A DNA stretch of 64,000 nucleotides from positions 1-64,000 of the forward strand of contig JAZAMN010000052.1 in NCBI GenBank assembly GCA_036229005.1. Reading direction: 5' to 3'. Source of the DNA: Myxococcota bacterium (GTDB taxonomy: Bacteria > Myxococcota_A > UBA796 > CAJQPC01). Shown here in pieces: positions 19,331 to 28,658 of this stretch. Positions within the stretch are counted from its first letter, which is position 1. Every line of letters starts with the position of its first letter. The position numbers and the translations under genes are program-made. The notes below the pieces were generated by a model that saw only the letters and a program-made list of their open reading frames with translations, did not search any database and had not been told where the DNA came from.

Positions 19331-20461
19331 ATGGACCAGGTCAACGCTGCGCAGGAAGAACCCTGGTGGCACGAGTTCACCGAGCAGTATGGGAAGGAGT
19401 CCCTGCGTGCGTTGGCCAAGCGCTTTGGGACCAACCCCCGGAGACTGCGGCGCGCCGCACAGCGCAGCGGGTTGGTCGATGAGCCCGAGGCCATCCGGGA
19501 CGCGACCGAGCGCCTGGGCAAGCTGCCCGACGCTTCGCTGGCCGAGGAGCTGCAGGTCACACCCGAGCAGGTGAAGGGCGCCCGCAAGCGCCGGGGGATC
19601 GAGGCCTTCAACCCCAAGACGCTGCCCAAGCCCCGCGTCCGCAAGCCCAAGAAGGCCAAGCCGCGGGACCGGCCCCGTCCTGCCCGGGACAGCCACCGCG
19701 AGCGCTTTGTGCCCTCCGAGCCCACCGTCGTGGTGAAGAAGCCCTCCCGCCGCCCTGGCGAGGGCCCCACCCGCACCCTGGGACGGGTGGAGGACAGCGG
19801 CCGCAAGCTCCAGAGCACGCTGGGCCGCCTGCACCGGGACGAGAACAGCCGCAGCTTCGGCGACCCCGAGCCCGCACCCCGGCGTCGCCGAGTGGTGGGC
19901 GCGGACCGCCTGGATGAGCTGCGAGGCCTCAAGAGTGACCGGGAGCCCGCCGCCCGCGGGCGCCGTCGGCGCATGCCCCGCGAGGGCGGCAGCCGGGACG
20001 GCGGAGGGGACGACGACGGAAGTGGCCCAGGTGCGCGCGCGCGCATCCAGAAGGCCTTCAGCCGCCTGAGCGAGACCCTGGAGGCGACCCGGCTCCCACC
20101 CGTGGTGGCCCCTCAGCAGACCACCCCGCCCGAGCCCACAGCCGCGCCTGCTCGCGTGTTGCGGCGCGTGGGTCCGGCCATGGCTGCACCACAGGCCGCC
20201 AAGGAGGCCAGGGCCGTCAAGCTGGCGAGCCAGGCGCCTGAGAAGGCCCCGGCGCCCCCGCTGCGACCGGCTCCGGTCCAGCAACCGGTGACCTCGCCGA
20301 TGGACGGGGCTCTCTCGCATGCGCAGCTATGGAACGCCGTGTTCGAGGTGGGGGGAGAGCGTCGGGAGGCCGTGGTCTCCGCTCCCACCTTCATCCGCGC
20401 TCTGGACCGGGTCCGCGGTCTGGGGGAGCTGGTCGCCCTGACCCCGGCCGAGCTGCTCTGA
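19331..20461 (+). CDS. Hypothetical basic protein with N-terminal HTH-like motifs and long Arg/Pro-rich disordered region
   Basis: SLRALAKRFGTNPRRLRR and LGKLPDASLAEELQVTPEQVKGARKRRGI. Confidence 0.7.
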   Translation: MDQVNAAQEEPWWHEFTEQYGKESLRALAKRFGTNPRRLRRAAQRSGLVDEPEAIRDATERLGKLPDASLAEELQVTPEQVKGARKRRGIEAFNPKTLPKPRVRKPKKAKPRDRPRPARDSHRERFVPSEPTVVVKKPSRRPGEGPTRTLGRVEDSGRKLQSTLGRLHRDENSRSFGDPEPAPRRRRVVGADRLDELRGLKSDREPAARGRRRRMPREGGSRDGGGDDDGSGPGARARIQKAFSRLSETLEATRLPPVVAPQQTTPPEPTAAPARVLRRVGPAMAAPQAAKEARAVKLASQAPEKAPAPPLRPAPVQQPVTSPMDGALSHAQLWNAVFEVGGERREAVVSAPTFIRALDRVRGLGELVALTPAELL

Positions 20462-20507
20462 GCCTGGGAGCGGCCCCCCTCCAGCGCGGAGGAGGGCCCC
20501 CACGCCA

Positions 20508-21719
20508 TCAGAGGGTGTGCACCAGGATGCCGCCCGCGAGCTTGGGCTCGAACCAGGTGCTCTTGGGGGGCATCACCTTGTCGGCGTCGGCCACCGCGAA
20601 GAGCTGATCGAGGCCGGTCGGGTACATGTGGAACGCGACGGCGGCGCGGCCCTCGTCCACGGCCTTCTGCAGGAAGCCCGGGCCCCGGATTCCGCCCACG
20701 AACTCCACGCGGCTGTCGCGGCGGGGATCGTCGATGCCCAGCAGGGGGGAGAGCACGCGGTCCTGCAGCACGGCGACGTCCAGGCGGGCGACGGGGTCGG
20801 AGGAGTCGACCACGCCGGGCTTGGGGGTGACCAGCACCCACTGGCCGTCCAGGTACATGGTGAAGGTGCCGCGCTGGGGGGGCAGGGGCTCCGCGCCGTC
20901 CTGGAGCTCGAAGTGCTTGGACAGCTCGGCGCGCAGGGACTTGGGCGTGAAGCCGGCGAGGTCCGCGACGAGGCGGTTGTAGGCCATGCAGTAGAGCTGG
21001 TCGTCGGGGAAGATGCCGCAGAGGAACCAGGCGGCCTCGCCCTCTCCGCCTCGGGCGTCGGACACGCGGGAGGCGGCGGCGGACCGGTGGTGCCCGTCGG
21101 CGATGTAGAGCGCCTGGAGGGCGTCGAAGGCCTCCTGGATGCGGGCGACGTCCTGGGGGTCCTGGACGCGGGAGAGGCTGTGCTCGACGCCGTCTTCGGA
21201 AGTGACCGTGAACAGGGGCTCAGCCTTGGCGCTGGCCAGGGCGTCGGCGATCGCCTGCTGCTGGCGGTAGGCCAGGAACACGAGCCCGGTCTGGGCGTTG
21301 ACGCCCTCGATGTGGTTCACGCGGTCCTGCTCCTTGGCGGGCCGGGTGTACTCGTGCTTCTTGATGCGGCCGGCGTCGTAGTCGGCGGTGGGGCACAGGG
21401 CCATGAGCGCGGTCTGGCGGTGCTCGCCCATCTTCTGGGCGTAGAGGTAGAAGGCCTCGCTCTCCTCACGCTCCAGCACGCCCTTGGCGAGCAGGGTCTG
21501 GAGGGCCAGGTGGGCCGCGGCGTAGGCCTCCGCGCTGTGGGGATCGGTCCCCGCGGGCAGGTTGACCTCGGGGCGGGTGACCTGGATGAAGGAGTCGGGG
21601 CGGCGCGCGAAGATGTCGCGGGCCTCCTGCTCGTCGAGCACGTCGTAGGGGGGAGCCACCACCTGGGCGGCGTGGTCGGGGTGCGAGCGCACGCCGCGGA
21701 AGGGACGGATCACTGCCAT
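20508..21719 (-). CDS. DUF1015 family protein
   Basis: PPYDV, IKKHEYT, YIADGHHR and MPPKSTWFEPKL. Confidence 0.92.
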   Translation of the reverse strand: MAVIRPFRGVRSHPDHAAQVVAPPYDVLDEQEARDIFARRPDSFIQVTRPEVNLPAGTDPHSAEAYAAAHLALQTLLAKGVLEREESEAFYLYAQKMGEHRQTALMALCPTADYDAGRIKKHEYTRPAKEQDRVNHIEGVNAQTGLVFLAYRQQQAIADALASAKAEPLFTVTSEDGVEHSLSRVQDPQDVARIQEAFDALQALYIADGHHRSAAASRVSDARGGEGEAAWFLCGIFPDDQLYCMAYNRLVADLAGFTPKSLRAELSKHFELQDGAEPLPPQRGTFTMYLDGQWVLVTPKPGVVDSSDPVARLDVAVLQDRVLSPLLGIDDPRRDSRVEFVGGIRGPGFLQKAVDEGRAAVAFHMYPTGLDQLFAVADADKVMPPKSTWFEPKLAGGILVHTL

Positions 21720-21824
21720 GGGAAACCTCCGGAGTCCGGCACACTAACGCGCTGGCGCTCGCTCTTTGCGGCTGGGGGGTCTCCCGGAGTAGGTTCCACA
21801 GGCGACCTCGCCAGCGGAGGGTCG

Positions 21825-24800
21825 ATGGCTGTCTCGGATTGGATCTCCCGACTGTTCTCATCGGGCAACGCAAAGGGTCTCTCCGGCGAGGAGTCGGCCC
21901 TGGAGCCGGACGCTCCCTGGTTCGACGGCCGCCTGCGACGCCACCAGGCCGGGGGGGATCTGATCTCGGATCCCACGCTGATCTGGAGCACCGCCAACGG
22001 CACCGGTCTGATGCAGCACCTGCGCGCCCGCACCGCCGATCAGGCCGCTGACTTCTCGGACATCCTGGTGGTGGTCAACGCCGCCGACTGGGCCCGGGGG
22101 ATGGAGCAGCTCCAGGAGCCCTGGTCCGATCGGGCGGCGCGCTCCCTGGAGACCGCCTTCGACACCATGTCCCACGACGGGACCATCACCCTGGCCTTCG
22201 CGGCGCGGGGCCTGAGCTTCCGGCTGATCGCCGACGGCGGCCCCGAGATGGTGGGCGAGGACTACGGCCTGGAGCCGGGCGAGTTCGTGACGGGGCTGGT
22301 CCCCAACCTGTACACCGCCCCCAAGGTCTCCTCGCGCCCCGTGGTCGCGATCCACCTGAACCTGCCGGATGTGTGGGATGGCTACCGCGAGGTCGGGCGG
22401 CTCTACTCCGACCAGGTGAGCTTCACCCTGGGCAACCACTGGCTGGACTCCTTCTCGCACTTTGCGCTGCAGGAGCCCGCGCTCTACCGGCTGCAGCAGT
22501 ACCTGGACGGCAACCTGGTCCACATCATCGACCCCGACCTGCAGTCCAAGTACCAGGTGGTCAACAACCAGGACGCGGGCGCGAACGTCCTCACCATCAT
22601 GGACAGCGACGGCGAGGTCGTGGCCCACCTGGTGCTGGCGCTGATGGACTCCATCGTCCCGGACGACCGCGAGCCCGAGCCCGCTCCGGCGCCTGCTGCA
22701 GCCCAGCCCCCCGGCATCGAGATGCCCACCCCCGTGGTCCCCGAGCCCACCCCCTCGTTCATCGGCGGGAACCTGGACACCCTGGGGCACAAGACCATCG
22801 TGCCCGAGTCCGTCCAGGAGCGCATCCTGGCCCTCAAGGAGCGCGGCGCGCTGCTCCAGAAGGTGCACTTCCACAAGTTCATGAAGGGCTACGACGTCTA
22901 CGTCAGCGGGAACGGCAACCTGACCACCCGCACCCAGGACCGCGCCGCCACCTTCCAGGTGCGCCAGAACCAGGTCAGCCTGGTGGTCCACCGCCCCGAG
23001 GTCCTGGTCGACGGCAGGCCCGCCCCGCTGGAGACGCCGCGGCGCCTGGAGGACAGCGTCACCCTCAAGGTCGGCCCCCACGAGCTGCGCTACAACGACC
23101 TGACCCGCTTCTCCGCCACCCAGGGCTGGCCCTACCTGGGCGAGATCCTGCGGCCCTCCAGCAGCAACCACCTGGTGTTCGGCGGGACCTACGGCATCGG
23201 CCGCGACCGCCGCAACAAGGTGCAGCTCCCGGACGAGCCCCACAACGACAACATCGCCTGGCTGGACAACTCCGACAGCGGCGTGATCCGCGCCCGCAGC
23301 GGCGAGATCCGCAAGAGCCAGTTCTACACCGACTCCATCATGGTGGCCTCGCGCCACGCGGAGATCGACCTGGCCGGGGACCCCGCCCTGACCAACATCG
23401 CCAAGCACTGCTACACCTACGTGCGGCGCGGCGATCGCCTCTTCCCCCTGGTCCCCACCAAGCAGCAGGGCGAGCGCAGCCTGGCCCTGGAGGTGGGCGA
23501 CGAGATCCTGGTCGGCAACTGCCTCTTCGTGGCCAACTACGGCCCTGACGCCGCCGCGGCGCCCCCCCCTCCCCCCCCGCCCCCCAAGCTGACGGCAGAG
23601 AGCCTGGCCCGCGCCGCGGACGGAGACACCTGGGCCGACTCGGTGGAGCCCTCCCAGGAGCGAGACACCCGGCGCCAGGCCCGCTCCGGCAAGGCCCCGG
23701 CCAGCCTGATCGACGAGATCCTCAACGCCCGCCCCAAGCGCGACACCCGCTCGCCGGACCTCCCCAAGGGCGACGGCGACCAGACCCCCTCCCTGGACGC
23801 GCTGCTCAACGAGCGCCGCACCCCCAAGCCCGACGACATCCCCGCCGCGGCCGGCCTGGGCGAGCAGGGCCTGCCCCCCGCGCTGCCCGAGATCACCCGC
23901 CACGGCTACGACAGCCTGATGGGCCTGGACCCCAGCGAGCCCGACGTGTTGGAGGTCGAGAGCGAACTGGATGACGAGCTCGACGGCGGCCCCGAGGTGG
24001 AGATCGAGGGCGATCTGGAGGACCAGCTCTCCGTGCCTCCGCCCCCCCGGGTCCACACCCTGGACCAGGAGGACTTCACGGACGAGGCCGGCGCCCTCTT
24101 TGGCCTGCCCGCCCCCGACTCCCCTCGCCAGGACTTCGACGTGGTGGGCGACTCCCCCCAGACGCCCGAGCGCATGGTCGAGATCGAAGACAGCGAGCGC
24201 GACGGCCCCGTTTACGACGGCGCGTTGTCCGAGGCCCCAGCGCAACCCAGCGCGCCCGAGCTGGCCGAAGACCTCTCCGACCCCGAGACCGAGCTGCCCG
24301 GCCCCTCCGTCCTGGAGCCCCCCAAGCTCGCCGCCCTCCCCGAGTTCGCCGCTCCCCAGGCCCTGGTCGACGCCCCCGCTGTCGAGCCCCCCGCTGTGGT
24401 CCCCCCCGCACCCAAGCCCCCCGCACCCAAGCCCCGCGGAGAGGACCTCACGGTCATCCCGGATCCCGAGGGAGTGGCTGTCGTGGACGAGGAGGGCGTT
24501 CAGGTACAACTCGCCAGACCCGGTCGCCTGGTCCACATCGGCTGGGCCCTGTCCGGCGAGGTCCTGGTGGGCAACCACTACGGCGCAGACGTGGTGGTCC
24601 CCGAGAACCGCTTGGACCCCGACCAGCGCTTCGAGGCCTGCGACTACCTGAGCATGCGCGTCCGCGGTGACCGCGGGAAGGCGACCCTGCTGACCCCGAG
24701 CGAGGCCCGCCTGGAGAAGGACGGAGACTCCGTCGAGACCGCCAAGGGCCTGTCCGACATCGGCGTGGAGATCGTCCGACGCGACGAGGACGGCGACGAA

Positions 24801-25166
24801 GACTTCGTGATCGAGCTGGCCTTCAACCCCCAGGTCGAGCTCCCGGATCCCCGCGCGCGCCTGTTGGCCATCGACCTGTCCGACCGCATCGTGGCGAGCC
24901 TCTTCATCCGAGGCCTGCCTCTGGGCACCGACACCCGCCTGCGCATGGGCCCGATCCGCGCCACCCTGCGCTTTGACGGCGAGTCCGCGACCCTCGCGCA
25001 GTACCTGGACAGCTACCGGAGGACCGACGGCTACCAGCCCTTCTTCCACCGGCCAGCGCTGGCCTCGGCCTTCTCCACCGTGCCCGAAGACGGGCGCTCC
25101 CTGACCCTTCAGCCCGGGGACCTCCTGATCGCCGGGGTCGAGGTCTACCGCTTCGAGAAGCGCTGA
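21825..25166 (+). CDS. Large multidomain protein with FHA-like domains and acidic/Pro-rich linkers
   Basis: ATG after GGAGG; YGIGRD...VASRHAEI...LEVGDEILVG and C-terminal LQPGDLLIAG..VYRF. Confidence 0.75.
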   Translation: MAVSDWISRLFSSGNAKGLSGEESALEPDAPWFDGRLRRHQAGGDLISDPTLIWSTANGTGLMQHLRARTADQAADFSDILVVVNAADWARGMEQLQEPWSDRAARSLETAFDTMSHDGTITLAFAARGLSFRLIADGGPEMVGEDYGLEPGEFVTGLVPNLYTAPKVSSRPVVAIHLNLPDVWDGYREVGRLYSDQVSFTLGNHWLDSFSHFALQEPALYRLQQYLDGNLVHIIDPDLQSKYQVVNNQDAGANVLTIMDSDGEVVAHLVLALMDSIVPDDREPEPAPAPAAAQPPGIEMPTPVVPEPTPSFIGGNLDTLGHKTIVPESVQERILALKERGALLQKVHFHKFMKGYDVYVSGNGNLTTRTQDRAATFQVRQNQVSLVVHRPEVLVDGRPAPLETPRRLEDSVTLKVGPHELRYNDLTRFSATQGWPYLGEILRPSSSNHLVFGGTYGIGRDRRNKVQLPDEPHNDNIAWLDNSDSGVIRARSGEIRKSQFYTDSIMVASRHAEIDLAGDPALTNIAKHCYTYVRRGDRLFPLVPTKQQGERSLALEVGDEILVGNCLFVANYGPDAAAAPPPPPPPPKLTAESLARAADGDTWADSVEPSQERDTRRQARSGKAPASLIDEILNARPKRDTRSPDLPKGDGDQTPSLDALLNERRTPKPDDIPAAAGLGEQGLPPALPEITRHGYDSLMGLDPSEPDVLEVESELDDELDGGPEVEIEGDLEDQLSVPPPPRVHTLDQEDFTDEAGALFGLPAPDSPRQDFDVVGDSPQTPERMVEIEDSERDGPVYDGALSEAPAQPSAPELAEDLSDPETELPGPSVLEPPKLAALPEFAAPQALVDAPAVEPPAVVPPAPKPPAPKPRGEDLTVIPDPEGVAVVDEEGVQVQLARPGRLVHIGWALSGEVLVGNHYGADVVVPENRLDPDQRFEACDYLSMRVRGDRGKATLLTPSEARLEKDGDSVETAKGLSDIGVEIVRRDEDGDEDFVIELAFNPQVELPDPRARLLAIDLSDRIVASLFIRGLPLGTDTRLRMGPIRATLRFDGESATLAQYLDSYRRTDGYQPFFHRPALASAFSTVPEDGRSLTLQPGDLLIAGVEVYRFEKR

Positions 25167-25204
25167 GTCCCCGGGGGGGCCATCACCTTCCGAGCACCAC
25201 CAAC

Positions 25205-25220
25205 TGGCACGGTGCTTGCT
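25205..25220 (+). promoter_or_regulatory. Sigma54 (-24/-12) promoter
   Basis: TGGCACG-GTGC-TTGCT matches TGGCACG-N4-TTGCW exactly, 35 nt before ATG 25256. Confidence 0.85.
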
Positions 25221-25255
25221 GACGCGACCGCGTCTTCCAGACATCAGGAGGCGAA

Positions 25256-26689
25256 ATGCCCCAGTCCGAGTGGATCCAGCCCGGCAGCTACCAAGCCGAG
25301 GCGCACTTCTACCCCCGCGTGCTCAACGCCCAGCTCCACCCCTTGGTCAAGCACTTCCTGGGCCTGGGCAACGAACGCATCGCGCAGCGCTACTGCCACC
25401 TGCACCCCGAGGCCGACGCCCAGGCGGTGCGCGAGCTGCTGGCCACCCCGACCAGGATCCTGCGCTGGGCCGGCGCGGACCTCATCCACGCCACGACCCC
25501 CAAGGGTGTGCGGCGCAACGTCGTGATCGAGGTGAACTCCTCCCCCTCGGGGCAGAAGTCCATGCCTCTTCAGGTCGAAGAGGACGAGCGCGGCGGCTAC
25601 GCCAAGCTCCTGGAGCGCAGCTTCCTGCCCATGCTCAAGCGCCGCGGCATCCCCAAGGGCGCGCTGGCCGTGCTGTGGGACAAGAACGAGATGGAGACTC
25701 GTGGCTACGCGGCCATCCTCGCTGACCTGACCCAGGAGCCCGTCCTGCTGGCCCACCTGCCTGCCAGCGAGGGCCCTGAGTGCGTCCAGGTGGACGACGG
25801 CGTGCTCAGCGTCCAGGACCCCGACGGCGCCTGGACTCCCCTGCGTGGGGCATTTCGCTACGTCACCCAGCGCCCCTGGACCCGCCTGCCCCCCATCACC
25901 CGCACCGCTCTGCTCAACCCCGTGCTGGGCTGCCTGGCCGGCGGCCGCAACAAGGCCCTGGCGGCCCAGGCCTACCACCGCGCGAACCTCCGCCGCAGCA
26001 ACCAGGGCCTGGTCATCCGCGTGCCGGAGACCTTCCGCAACGTCCACCTGCACTCCGTCCCCGGCCTCATCGCCGATCTCGGCGGCGTGGGCGTCGTGAA
26101 GGACCCCTACTCCAACGCCGGGCAGGGCGTGTGGACCGTCACCAGCCCCCAGGAGCTGGAGGCCTTCATGGCCTTCCCCCACCGCTACCAGCGCTTCATC
26201 GTGCAGGCGCTGGTGGGCAACTCCGAGTGGAGCTCCACCGGCCGCGAGGGGCGCTTCTACCACCTGGGCACCGTGCCCAACCGCAAGGGCGAGATCTTCG
26301 CCGCCGACCTGCGCTTCATGATCGGCGCCAGCCCCGAGGGCTTCTTCCCCGTCTCCCTCTACGCCCGCCGCGCGCGCGCCCCCCTGGCGCCCACCCTGGA
26401 CCAGGGCACCGACTCCTGGGACATGCTGGGCACCAACCTCTCGGTCAAGCAGGCCGACGGCAGCTTCACCACCGAGCCCGAGCGCCTGATGCTCATGGAC
26501 CGCCGCGACTTCAACGCGCTGGGCCTGGGCCTGGACGACCTCACCGAGGGCTACATCCAGACCATCCTGGCCGTCACCGCCATCGACGAGCTCGCCCGCG
26601 AGCTGCTCACCCAGAAGGGCGTGTTCCGCAACCGCCACTTCGCCAGCATGAACCCCGACCCCGCGCTGAACGCAGAGATCCGCCTGTGA
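25256..26689 (+). CDS. Circularly permuted ATP-grasp-type ligase
   Basis: ADLIH...VIEVNSSPSG precedes GRNK, VVKDPYSNAGQGV, FIVQ and DLRF, which is the permuted motif order. Confidence 0.7.
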   Translation: MPQSEWIQPGSYQAEAHFYPRVLNAQLHPLVKHFLGLGNERIAQRYCHLHPEADAQAVRELLATPTRILRWAGADLIHATTPKGVRRNVVIEVNSSPSGQKSMPLQVEEDERGGYAKLLERSFLPMLKRRGIPKGALAVLWDKNEMETRGYAAILADLTQEPVLLAHLPASEGPECVQVDDGVLSVQDPDGAWTPLRGAFRYVTQRPWTRLPPITRTALLNPVLGCLAGGRNKALAAQAYHRANLRRSNQGLVIRVPETFRNVHLHSVPGLIADLGGVGVVKDPYSNAGQGVWTVTSPQELEAFMAFPHRYQRFIVQALVGNSEWSSTGREGRFYHLGTVPNRKGEIFAADLRFMIGASPEGFFPVSLYARRARAPLAPTLDQGTDSWDMLGTNLSVKQADGSFTTEPERLMLMDRRDFNALGLGLDDLTEGYIQTILAVTAIDELARELLTQKGVFRNRHFASMNPDPALNAEIRL

Positions 26690-27681
26690 ACACAACCCAC
26701 CGGGACTCCCTGGACCTGGAGTCCCTGGCCCCCGCGACCGTCCACCACCTCTGGCTCTCCCTGGGCACCGACGCCCTGGGCCAGGCCGTGGAGCTCCCCA
26801 TCCTCATCGCCCGCGGCGCCAAGCCCGGCCCCGTGTTCGGGATCACGGCCGCCCTGCACGGCAACGAGATCAACGGCATCCCCGTCCTCCAGCGCCTCGT
26901 CGGTGAGCTCGATGTCAGCCGACTGCGCGGCACCGTGGTGGGGGTCGTTGTGGCCAATGTCCCCGGCTTCCTCGGTCACCGCCGCACCTTCCTTGGGGGC
27001 TGGGACCTCAACCACCTCTTCCCGGGCAAGCCCAACGGCCACTCCGGGCAGGTCTACGTGCACCGGATGATGGACCGCATCATCCGCCACCTGGACTTCC
27101 TGGTGGACCTGCACACGGCCAGCCTGGGCCGCGTGAACTCCCTCTACGTGCGCGCGGACATGAGCTCCCCGGAGACCAACCGCCTGGCCCGCCTCCAGCG
27201 CCCCCAGCTCATCGTGAACAACCCCCCGCACGATGGCACGCTCCGCGGCGCCGCCGCCGCCCTGGGGATCCCCGCGATCACCCTGGAGATCGGCAACCCC
27301 CAGCGCTTCCAGAAGGACTTCATCCGCCGCAGCGTCCGGGGTCTGCGCCGGGTCCTCATGGACCAGGGCATGATCCGCAAGCGCCCCCTCAAGGAGGGTC
27401 AGCCGCCCATCCTCTGCGACCGCAGCTCCTGGCTCTACACCGACGCCGGCGGCCTGCTGGAGATCCACCCCGCCCTGCTGGACCATGTGCGCGAGGGCGA
27501 GACCGTGGCGACCCTGCGCGACCCCTTCGGCAACATCACCGCCACCTGGACCGCTCCGCACGACGGCGTCGTCATCGGCAAGAGCGTCAACCCCGTGGCC
27601 GAGACCGGTGCCCGCATCCTGCACCTGGGCGTGCTCTCCCCCGACTCCCCCACCCCCGAGATCCAGCAGGAGGAGCTGTGA
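26686..27681 (+). CDS. Succinylglutamate desuccinylase / aspartoacylase (M14-like) peptidase
   Basis: ALHGNEING, DLNHLFPG, DLHT and LEIG; GTGA overlap with the upstream gene. Confidence 0.9.
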   Translation: MNTTHRDSLDLESLAPATVHHLWLSLGTDALGQAVELPILIARGAKPGPVFGITAALHGNEINGIPVLQRLVGELDVSRLRGTVVGVVVANVPGFLGHRRTFLGGWDLNHLFPGKPNGHSGQVYVHRMMDRIIRHLDFLVDLHTASLGRVNSLYVRADMSSPETNRLARLQRPQLIVNNPPHDGTLRGAAAALGIPAITLEIGNPQRFQKDFIRRSVRGLRRVLMDQGMIRKRPLKEGQPPILCDRSSWLYTDAGGLLEIHPALLDHVREGETVATLRDPFGNITATWTAPHDGVVIGKSVNPVAETGARILHLGVLSPDSPTPEIQQEEL

Positions 27682-28658
27682 AGCTGCTGTTCCTGGTCAA
27701 TGAGCTGGCCCACCTCAAGGCACCTCAGTCCACCACAGAGCTCATCCACACCGCGTGCAAGCGAGGTCACCAGGTCCATGTCCTGGACGTCACCGGGCTG
27801 ACCCTCCGCACCGACCGTCGCCTGGCCGCGCGCTGCGTGCGCCTGGAGGGTGTCCCCACCCCGCAGCAGATCCCCGAGCTGCTCCGGGGCCCCACCGAGT
27901 CGGTGCTCCTGGAGCCCAAGGACGCCGTCCTGGTGCGCACCAACCCCGGCCGGGACCCCCGGGTCGCCCTCCAGCGCCTGGCCCTGGAGCTGCTGGAGCT
28001 GGCCGAAGAGCAGGGCGTCCGCGTCCTCAACCGCCCCAGCCGCCTGCTGCGCTCGATGTCCAAGCTGAACCTGGCCAGCCTGCCCGCGCAGTGTCTGCCG
28101 CGCACCCTGGTGTCCGCGGACCCTGTGGCCCTGCGGGAGTTTGTCCTCGCCAGCACCGGGCCGGTCGTGCTCAAGCCTCTGGTGGGCACACAGGGCAAGG
28201 GGGTGTGGTTCCTGGACCCCGCAGCGCCCCGAAACCTCGCTCAAATCCTGGAATCTCTGCTGTCCGAGGGCGCCGTGATGGCGCAGGATCGCATCCCCGG
28301 TGCCGAACAAGGCGACGTGCGCGTGATCGTGCTCAACGGCGAGGTCCTGCAGGTGGACGGCAAGATCGCGGCCGTGCGGCGGGTCCCCGGCCCCGGCGAG
28401 GAGCGCTCCAACGTGGCCAAGGGGGGCACCCCGACCGCGGCCGTGTTGACCGACGCGCAGCTCCAGACGGCCACCACCCTGGCCCGCACGCTCATGGATC
28501 AGGGCATCCACCTGGCGGGGCTGGACCTCATCGGGGACGCCATCGTCGAGGCCAACGTGTTCGCGACGGGCGGCCTGGGTGACGCCGGATTGTTCAGCGG
28601 CGTGGACTTTCTGGGGCCGGTCATGGAAGGCTTGGAGGCGTACCTGGACCGCCCATGA
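27678..28658 (+). CDS. Glutathione synthetase (GshB)/RimK-like ATP-grasp ligase
   Basis: STT..I....RGH N-domain, LVRTNP, LKPL.G.QGKGV, GDVR, RSNVAKGG and GLDLIG...EANV. Confidence 0.8.
   Translation: MKLLFLVNELAHLKAPQSTTELIHTACKRGHQVHVLDVTGLTLRTDRRLAARCVRLEGVPTPQQIPELLRGPTESVLLEPKDAVLVRTNPGRDPRVALQRLALELLELAEEQGVRVLNRPSRLLRSMSKLNLASLPAQCLPRTLVSADPVALREFVLASTGPVVLKPLVGTQGKGVWFLDPAAPRNLAQILESLLSEGAVMAQDRIPGAEQGDVRVIVLNGEVLQVDGKIAAVRRVPGPGEERSNVAKGGTPTAAVLTDAQLQTATTLARTLMDQGIHLAGLDLIGDAIVEANVFATGGLGDAGLFSGVDFLGPVMEGLEAYLDRP

Noticed and set aside
20517..21824. N-terminal extension of the 1549-aa ORF 20517-25166
   Set aside because: It is antisense to the DUF1015 gene; the real start is ATG 21825 after GGAGG.
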